Source: Thermoplasmatota archaeon (GTDB lineage Archaea; Thermoplasmatota; E2; JACPAO01; JAHFTW01). From it: a DNA stretch of 64,000 nucleotides. Under the pieces are notes generated by a model, which was not told the origin of the DNA, ran no database searches, and saw only the letters and a program-made list of their open reading frames with translations. The DNA is taken from the NCBI GenBank assembly GCA_041601615.1, contig JBFIHX010000005.1, positions 32,001 through 96,000 on the forward strand. The letters are read 5' to 3'. Position 1 is the first letter of the stretch. Each line of letters starts with the position of its first letter. Shown piece after piece: positions 28,601 through 37,600 of the stretch. The position numbers were made by a program, and so were the translations under genes.

Positions 28601-31600
28601 TGGCGCCGGAGAGGAGGATGTTGCGTTCTTCTTCGGGCATGTTTTGGAGTTGGACTTGGGTCCAGTGTTCGCCGTTTTGGACCATGTCGTAGCCGTCGAC
28701 GAGGAGGAGGTAGATGTCTTCGCCCCATTGCCAGGGGTCGATGGTGGCGTTTTCGCTCCATTCGGGGGCGTAGTGGGGTTCGGTGGTGGAGTGGACGGGT
28801 TCGACGGCTAGATTGCTCAGGACGCGCAGCAGGCGTAAGTCGTCGAGGCCGCTGCCGGTGTCCCAGCCGCTGTAGGTGACGTTGATGGGGCCGGTTTGGG
28901 GGCCGCTGCAAATGGTGGTCTTGGGAATCAGTTCGTAGCCGGGAACGTCGAAGTCGGTTTGGACGGATCCGAGGTTGTAGGTGGTCTCGTGTGTGACGTT
29001 GTCGATGGCTTGGACGGACACGTTGACGGTGGCGCCGGATCGGGTCGTGGGCGGCATGAGGGGTTGGCCCGATTCGGCTTGGGTCTGCCCGCCAAAGATT
29101 GGGTCGCCGTTGCTGGCGATGGCGTGGCTGGATGCGATGCCGCTGGCAGCTCGGCCGGGGCCGGGGATGGGGTCGATGGGGGTCCAGGCGAGCAGGAAGC
29201 CGTTGGGGCCGGTGTAGAGGGGCAGGGTGGGCAGTGGGTCGATGACGGGGGCGGTGTCGTCGGGGATGAACGGTCCGATGGTTTGCTCGGTGCTCCAGCC
29301 AGCGTGGTCCACGACGGTGCCGTTGAATGTGATGGGCATGCCTTCGTAGGTTGCAAGCTCCGCGTGGCTCAAGGTGAACGGTTCACCGGGGGGTGCTTGG
29401 GCGCCGAGGCCGGTATCGGAGAGGCTTCCGTTCCATGCGGTGGTGGTGCCGAGGGGGCTTGTTAGGTGGATGCTGCCAGATACGACGCCGTTGCAGTGCA
29501 GGAGGGCGGCGTCGGTGGCTTGCCATTGGGCTTGGAGTCCGTTGGTGGGGTCGAAGAATCCGGTCGTGGTGGGTTGCAGCCATTCTAGTTCGGGGGCGTC
29601 GGCGTCGATGCTGGCGCGGCCCCAGCTGTTGTTGGTGGTGGCGATGTTGCCGGCCGTGTCTGCTCCCCGGAGGGCGTAGAATACGTCTCGGCTGGCGCCG
29701 CTGGGGGTGTGGAATGCGGCGATGCGGGGGAAGTCGCCACTCCAGTCTACGATGGTGTTGTTTTGGGCGAGGCTCCAGATTCCTCCGAGGCCTTGTTCTC
29801 GTTCTCGCAGATTGAGGTAGTGGGGGCTTTGGTTGTCGCTCATGGCGTAGCCGAATTGGCCGTAGCCGCTGCGGTAGCAGACGCCTTGGGGTCCGAGGGT
29901 GGGGGAGAGTAGGGGCGGGTTGGGGTCGGGGTCGCCGAGGTTGACGGTTTTGGTTGCGGTGTTGTTGGCTTGGTCCCAGACTTGGATGTGGGCGGTGATG
30001 TTGCCCACGAGCGAGGGCAGGAGCGGCACTTTCACTTGCATGGCGTGGCTCCAGTCGTTGATGTTCTGGGTGTGGTTGGCTAGTTGGTTGTAGTTGCCTT
30101 CGTCGCTGATGTGGATTCGGAATTGGTCCACGAAGCAGGTTTCGGCGGGCTCTACGAGGTCGTACAGGAATGCGAGGTCCTTGTTGGGGAGCTGGCCGTT
30201 GGTGGGAAGGGGAATGTGGGTGTTGGGGTAGTTTTCCCAGAGGCCCACGCCGTAGTTGAAATTCGAGTTGACTCGGATTTGGGGGGCGTCGTTGTCGAAG
30301 TGAATCTTGTAGCTGGCTTGCCGCAGCGCTTCGAAATGGGTGGCGCCGAGACCCTGTAGGTAGGCGGGCGTGTATTGCATGCCGTTGCCGGCGCGGTCTT
30401 GGGCGTCGACGACGAGGAACGTCTTGGCGATTTGATCTCGGGTCAGGGCGTCGAATTGGTGGCTTTCGAGGTTGAGTTCGTTGGCGGTGTGGTGGATGGT
30501 TGCGAGGACTTCCATGGTGCGGTTGAGGTGGACCATGATGAGCCGGGCTTGCTTGATGCCGCTGGGTTCGTAGGCACTGGCGGAGCCGCTGGGTTTCCAG
30601 TCTTTGGCGCCCCATTCGATGGGTTGGTTGTTGTTGGGTCCGAGGCAGAGGAAGTCGCCGGCGTGGATGTTGAGGGGTAGGGGGGCTTCTGTGTCTACGA
30701 TGATGCGGCCGGTGGTGTTTTCGGTTTGGTGGCCGGCGCGGTCTTTGGCCCAGACGCGGAATTCGAGGTGGCGGCCGAGCACGCTTTGGACGACGGTGGA
30801 GTTGATGGTGCCGGTGAGTACGGTGGTCGCGGTGCCGATGGTGGGGCTTTGGTGGTCGAGGGGTCGCCAGATGCCGGCGCCACTGACGCGGTATTCGAGG
30901 GTTGCTTCTTCGATGCCGCAGTTGTGGGTGCGTTCGGCGTCGATGGGGCGGTCGTCGACCAGGAATTGCACTTGGAGGCTGCCGTCGGGGGCGAGGTCTT
31001 TGGTGCCGAGGTAGGATGGGGTGGTGCTGTTGGGGTCGGGTAGGAGCCCTTCGGTGCTGCCGAGGCCTAGGAGGCGGGGGCCGGAGGTGTCTACGACGAC
31101 GTTTTGTATGCTGGCGATGGCGGCGTGTCCGGCGTGGTCGATGATGTGGCCTTGGATGGAGTAGGATTCGCCGTCCACGTAGGCTTCTGGGGGTAGGGTC
31201 CAGAGGTTTTGTTGGTCGTTGAAGGTGGGATTGAGCAGCGGGTAGGTTTGGTTGCTGATGGCGCCGGTTGCGAGGACTTGGAGTTCTGCGATTCCGCTGG
31301 CGCGGTACGCGGGGTCGGTGCCCCAGTTGCCGCGTGGGTCGTAGCTGCGGTAGTAGATGCCGGCGTCGGAGCCGGATAGGCAACCGGCGTTGAGTTCTAG
31401 GACGGGGCGGGTGCGGTCGACGAGGATGCGGCTGCCGGTCCAGGGGCCGGTGGTTCCGGTGGGGTCGACGGCGCGGCCTTGGATGTGGATGGTGACGCCT
31501 TCGGGTACGTCGGGGAGTTTGACGAGGCGTTCGCTGCTGAGTCCTTGGTTGTCTATTTGTCCGGTGCTTGTGCGGGTGGCAAATTCGTATCGTATGCCTG

Positions 31601-34600
31601 GTTCGAGGTCGGTGCCGAGGGCGATGAGGCTGGTGTTGCCGTGGACGGCGAGGGTACCGTCGGGTAGCAGTGTGTGGGGAAGGCCTGCGAGGTTTCCGGG
31701 GTGCAGGGTGGCTGCGCTGCGGTTTTGGGCGGTGACGAGGAGGTCATCCAAGGTATCGAAGGTGAGGTCGCGCACGAGGTAGGCGTATTGGGTGACGAGG
31801 GGCCATTGGAGGGTGTTGTGGATGCTGGCGGCTTTGGTTTGCTCGGCGGGTGCCTCTTGCCAGCCGCTTCCGGTGTCAACGTGGGTGACGGTCCAGAGTA
31901 CGCGGGACTCGGTGCCGGTGGTGAATTGGAAGTTGTGTGTGGCTTCGCCGTTGGGGTTTTGGACTTCCACGGTGGCGATGCGCCCGGGGGTGCCCAGGAG
32001 GCCGGTTCGGTCGGTGGTGTTGAGTGCTTGGAGGGCGGTGATGAGGGCGTCGAGGGTGGTGGCTTCGGGCAGGTCTACGCTGGTGTTGTAGAATGTGCCT
32101 TGGAGTCGCACTTGTTGCACGGTGGCGGCTGTGTGGATGTCGAGGCGCACATTGGCGTCGGCCGGGGCGGCGAGGTCTACGTCGCTGGCGGGGATCATGC
32201 CGTCGGCGGCGATGGTGGCGGCGAGTGCTGCGATGTCGGTGGGTTGCCAGGGGGTGCCGTTGTGGCTGAGCGCTTGGGTCTGGCCGCCGCTGGTTCCAGG
32301 AGCGGTGAGGGCGGCAAGGAGGGTGTTGTTGCCTTGGGTGGGGTTGGCGAAGGTGCCGGTGCGGATGGTGGTGGCGGCATTGATGGTGTTTTCTTGTACG
32401 CGGTCGCGGGCGGCGGCGGGGGTGGTGGGTGTGAAGGGGTTGGGGGTTTGGATGCGGTCTTCGACGGCTTCTAGGGCGATGCCGACGGCGGTGTCGGTGA
32501 TGCGGTTGTTCCAGAGCAGCATGTCGGAGGCGCCGGAGAGGCCGGTGACGGAGAATCCGGATTGGCGTGCTTCGGTGACGGTGTTGTCGCGTACGAGGCC
32601 GTGGCTGTCGTGGAGGATGGCGGCGGAGCGCAGCATGCGGTCAAACAGGGTGTTGTGGATGCGTACGTCGCTGCCGGTGGCGAGGATGCCGAGGGTTTGG
32701 TCGGCAAAGGCGCAGTGGCGCACGCGCACGGTGGCGTGGGCGGCGAGGATGCCGAGGTGGCCGGGGCGTACGATCCAGCAATCGGCCAGGTCGAGTGTGC
32801 CGCCGCGTACTTCGATGCCGGCGGCGAGGCCTTGGGCGCGCACGCCGGTGCCTTGCAGGGTGCCGGTGACGTGGACGGGGAAGCCGTTCAGGCCGGCTGC
32901 GGGGGCTAGTGTGGCGTTGATGAGGTGGAGGATTCCTTGGACTTGGAGGGTGCAGGTGCGTCCGCCGCAGTCGGAGGCAACGAAGTCTACACCGGTGAAG
33001 GTTCGTTCGTCGCCGGCGGGGATTACGAGGTCTTGGTCGAGGAGGATGGGGCCGGTGTGGAATTCGAGTTGGGTGAGCGTCAGGTCGGAGAGGAACGGCG
33101 CGGTGCTTAGGTCCCCTTGGTAGGCGGCGACGCGGATGGGGTCGCCGTTGCTGGTGACGGGGGTGGGCATGATGCGGTGGATGTTCCAGGTGGCGTTGGC
33201 CCAGTCGTCGCCGACCAATTGGGTGGCGAGTTGGAACTGCGGCGCGAGGTGGGTCACGTCGAGGAATGCGAGTCGGGAGCCTTCGGAGTCGCCGGCAAAT
33301 CCTGGTGCGGCGCGGGCGGCGAGGGGTTGCCAGGGTCCGGTGCCTTGTTGTGCCATGAATTGGGCGTGGGTGCCGGTGGGCAGGTCGTATTCGTGGGCGA
33401 GGACGAGGCCGGCTAGGGCTAGGTCTGCATCGATTTCGATGTGGGCGAGGGGCAGGATGGGCGAGGCGCCGAGGGGAGTTTCTTGGCTGCTGCTGTTGAG
33501 CGGGGTGATCTTGATGGCGGTCACGGGCACGGGGTTGAGGTCGGTGCGGGGGATGCTGTCGGCGGCGCCTGCGATTTCTAGCAGGGTTTGTTCGATGAGG
33601 GGGCGCACGTCGAAGCCTTGGAGGCCGAGGCCGGGGGCGGCGGGGGTGATGCTGCGGCTGGCAAGGAATGGGGTGATGGGGGTGTTGGATCGGGGTGTGT
33701 CTGCGAGACGCATGGGGAGGGTTTCGCGCTCGGTGCGGGCGGGGACGGTTTGGCCGTATTCGTTGGTGCACCAGAGGCCGACGCGCGTCGGGGGCGTGGC
33801 GCCCGTGGCTCCGTTGCGGGTTTCGTTGTGGAGGGTGCCTGCGGGGCCGCCGTTCCAGGGGAGGGTGTGGCTGATTTCGCGTTCGAGGTGGGGTGCCGTG
33901 TCGTGGTCCGTGGAGGGGTCGATCCAGCAGGTTTCGCCGTCGGCGGTGGTGGTTTTGGTGGTTTGGACGGTGCCGGTCTCGTCGCGCACGAGGTGGTCGG
34001 GGTTCCAGCGGCCGTAGATTTGGGAGGATGTGATGGCGGCGTCTTTGGCGCCGACGCTGCGGCCTTCGTGGCCCATGTGGCCAAGGGCGCTCAGATCACC
34101 CGCGTCGAAGCGGAAGGAGTCGGCTGCGGCGGCGGGGTGGGGCACTTTTTGGCCGGCGACGTTGGTCCAGTAGGGGTTTGCTTCGAGGTGGTCGCGGACG
34201 TTTTTGGCAAACAGGGCGACCACGTCGCGCAGGGCTTCCAGTAGCTCGGCATCGTCGGCGCCGCTCATCCATTGGGTGCGGTAGAATGCCTCGAATTCGC
34301 TGTGGGTGCCGGAGGAGCTGAACCAGGAGTCGGGGTCGTAGTCGACGGGCACGGTGGCGACGTGTTGGAGGCGGTCGTCGCGGGTGGTGAGGGTGTGGGT
34401 GGTGCCGTCGAGTTTGTAGGTCATGGGGGTGCCTTTGCCGAGGCCGAATACGGTCATGGCGAGGGCTTTGCCGTCGACGACGAGGGCGTGGGTGCCGGTT
34501 TCGTCTTGGTAGGTGGTGGCGTGGTTGGTGCCGGCGAGTGCGCTCCAGGCTTGTTCGATGGGGTGGTTGGTGTTGCAGGCGGCGCCGTTGACTGGTCGGC

Positions 34601-37600
34601 CTCCTTTGCAGGCGATCCAGTTGTCGAGGTCCACGGCGAAGGTGCCGGGGTGCCAGAGGGGGTGGACGGTGCGGCCCATGTCGTTCCAGAGTGCTTGGCG
34701 GGGGCCGTGGAAGTCCATGGTGGCTTCGAGTTGGTAGTGCCAGCCGTTGGTGTCGCCGCAGTTGGTTCCCGTGGGGAGGGGGTCTTGGAAGGCGCTGACG
34801 TTGTGGACGGTGGCGCCGCGTGCGGCGTAGTATGCTTCGATGGCGGCGATGCGTTGGCTTGCGGTGGTGGATGCGGTGAAGGTCTCCCAGGGCGCGGTTT
34901 GGCATCGGACGCCGTCGCGGGTCCATGTGACGTTGGTGCCGGTTTCGAGGGTGGTCCAGCCGCCGTTGTTGCTGCCCCAGAGCAGGTTGTCGTTGGCGGT
35001 GTCGGCGGTGCCGATTTCCTGGTCCCAGCGGTTGCTGCCGGTGGATGTCCAGGGGCAAGTGGTCATCCAGCGTGGCGTGGATTCGAGGTTCCAGGGCACT
35101 TGGCTGTCGCTGTGGCGTTCTTCGCAGGTGCGGTGGTGGGTGCCGAGCAGGAAACTGGTGTCCTGGTGCATGTCGGAGAGGTAGCTGCGGTCGACGCGGA
35201 CGGTGGCGGGGGCAAACCATTCGAGGGCGTTTGCGTCCACGGCGGGGTTGGCTGCGACGGCGGTTGCGTAGTTGGTGGCGGTGGCAAACAGGGGTGTTGC
35301 AAGGTGTTTGGCCCAGTCGGCTTGCCAGCCGGATGCGGTGCCGTCGACGAAGCCGGTGTCGCGGGGGCGGATGATGGTGCTACCAAGGTTGGGGTCGTAG
35401 GCTCCGCTGCCGTCTGCTTTGGAGGTCCAGCCGGTGCCTTCTTCGAGCACATCGAGGCAGCGGAGGGCGTTGCTGGGTAGGTCGCGGGCGCAGGCTTCGG
35501 AGGCAACGAGCATGGCGCCGTCGGCGCTGCGCACTTCGAGTCGTCCGGGGGCGGTGTCGAGGATTTTGTCGTCGTCCCAGACTTGGACGTTGGCTTCGAA
35601 GAATTCGGGTTGGATCCAGGCGTAGCCGGCGCTGGACATGGCGTCAACGTCGGGGGTTTGGGTTTCGGTGTCCCAGTAGGCGATGCCACGGGCGAAGCGG
35701 GCGCGGTCTACGTTGGGGTGGATGGGGGCAAGGTAGGCGTCGGCGGCTGCCCAGCGTTCGCCTGCAAGGTTGGCGTCGCTGGCGTCGACTCGGGGCAAGT
35801 CTTGGGAGTCGGCGAGAGGTTCGTGGACGAAGCTGTCGCGGTAGCCCCAGGCGTCCAGTGCGAGCGCGGGTCGGTCTAGTTGGGCATAGGCCAGTGGCAG
35901 CATTTGGTCTTCGGCGGCTTCGCGCACCAAATCAAGCGCGGAGGCTTGGCCTATGCTGCTGGAGCCGTCGAATCGGATGTCGGAGAGTGCATCGATGGAT
36001 GCTAGGTGGGCAAGCAAGGGGTCCAGGAAGCCGCTGCTGGTGAGGCCGAACGGGATGATGGTGTAGGTAATGAAGCCGTGGTCGCGGTCGTGGCTGCGTT
36101 GGCGTGATTGCATCAGGACGTGGCCGCTTCGAGACAAGGAGACGGTGTCGCCCAGTGCGGGGTCGGAGAGTCCGGGAATGGTGGTGCCGCTGGTGGCCAC
36201 GGGTGTGCTGTTGCGGTCCTCGAACATTCGGTCGCTGACGTCGCGGGGCAGGTCGGTGGGTTTCTTTTCCAGGATGTAGACGCCGTCGCCGTCGGAGGTG
36301 GGAACGATGATGCGGCATTCGGCTTCGGTGACTTCGATGCAGACCACGAGGATGGCGGCTTCTAGGTGGGCGTCGAATTCGTGGGTCATGACGGTTTCTT
36401 CGTTGGGTTGCGGGACGTTGAATGTGTACATCTTGCTGCATGCCGGGAGGGTCGGTTGCAGGCCCAGTACGGCGGCGTTGCTGGGTTCCATGCGCAGTAC
36501 GAGTTGGTCGGGGATGCCGTCCGTGGTGCCGGCGGCGAGCAATGCGTCGATGTGTGCGGCGCTGTTGCCGCTGTAGAGCAGGTTGCGGACCGTGCTTGCG
36601 CTGGCGCCATGGCCGGCGCCCAAGTCGCAGGAGTCTGCTGCGGGGCCGGTGCGCATGGGCAGGGCGGTTTGTCCGGGTCGGGCAAACAGAGCGGTGGGGG
36701 GATCATTGCCGGTGCTGCCTTTGAGGGTGTCTTGGGCGGTTCCGAGTGCGAGGGGTAGGCGGTCGGGGGAGGCGGTTTGGAGGCCGCCGTCGAGGCCGGG
36801 GATGGGGGTGCCGTACAGGCCGTAGAGGGGGTTGGGTAGTTGGTGTAGGCTCGCGACGGTGGAGGGTGTGATGCTGGCTGGAATGGATGCGAAGTGGTCG
36901 CCTTCCATGTTGTCTAGGTAGCGCCAGTGCACGGCGGTGGCTAGGGGGTAGCTGCGTTCGATGCCGTAGTAGACGAGTGGGTATGTGGGAAGCAATTCTG
37001 GGGTCTCGCTCGTGTCCTGGGATGGCAGTCGTGGATCTACGAGGGGTAGGGGGTAGGAGACCTCCGGTAGGCGCAGATTGTTGGGGTCGATCTGGAACAT
37101 GGGCAACGGGATTTCCTGGTACTCGGAAGGGTCCACGTTGACGCCGGTGGTCAGCAATTCTTGCCAGTCCACGGATGGCGTTTCGATGGCGAGTTGCCAC
37201 AGGTCGCCTCGGGGCGCTGTGAGTGCGATTGAGTCTGGGCGTTGCGGGTAGGCGCGTGGGCCCATGGTGTTTGTTGCGCCGCCGCTGACGCTTGCGTCCG
37301 GCGTCGATACATCCTTTGTTTTTTCCTCGAAGTAGGGACTGAAAAACGGCACGATGTCGTAGGAGAGCGGCAAAGAGGCGTGGAAGCGGGCGATGCCGGC
37401 GGCGTCCGTGTCGGCCCAGTGGGCGCAGACGTTGTGGTCGTTGATCTCCATCATGGTGCTGCGAACCTCGTGGAGGTCCTTCAGATTCAGAGGGGTTGCC
37501 AGGCATACGGCGGTGCCGGGTACTGGTGTGTCGGGGGCGACGAATCGGTGTACGTCTAGGGCGGTGCCGACGGAGATGCTGAGCGGTAGGCGCAGGCTCG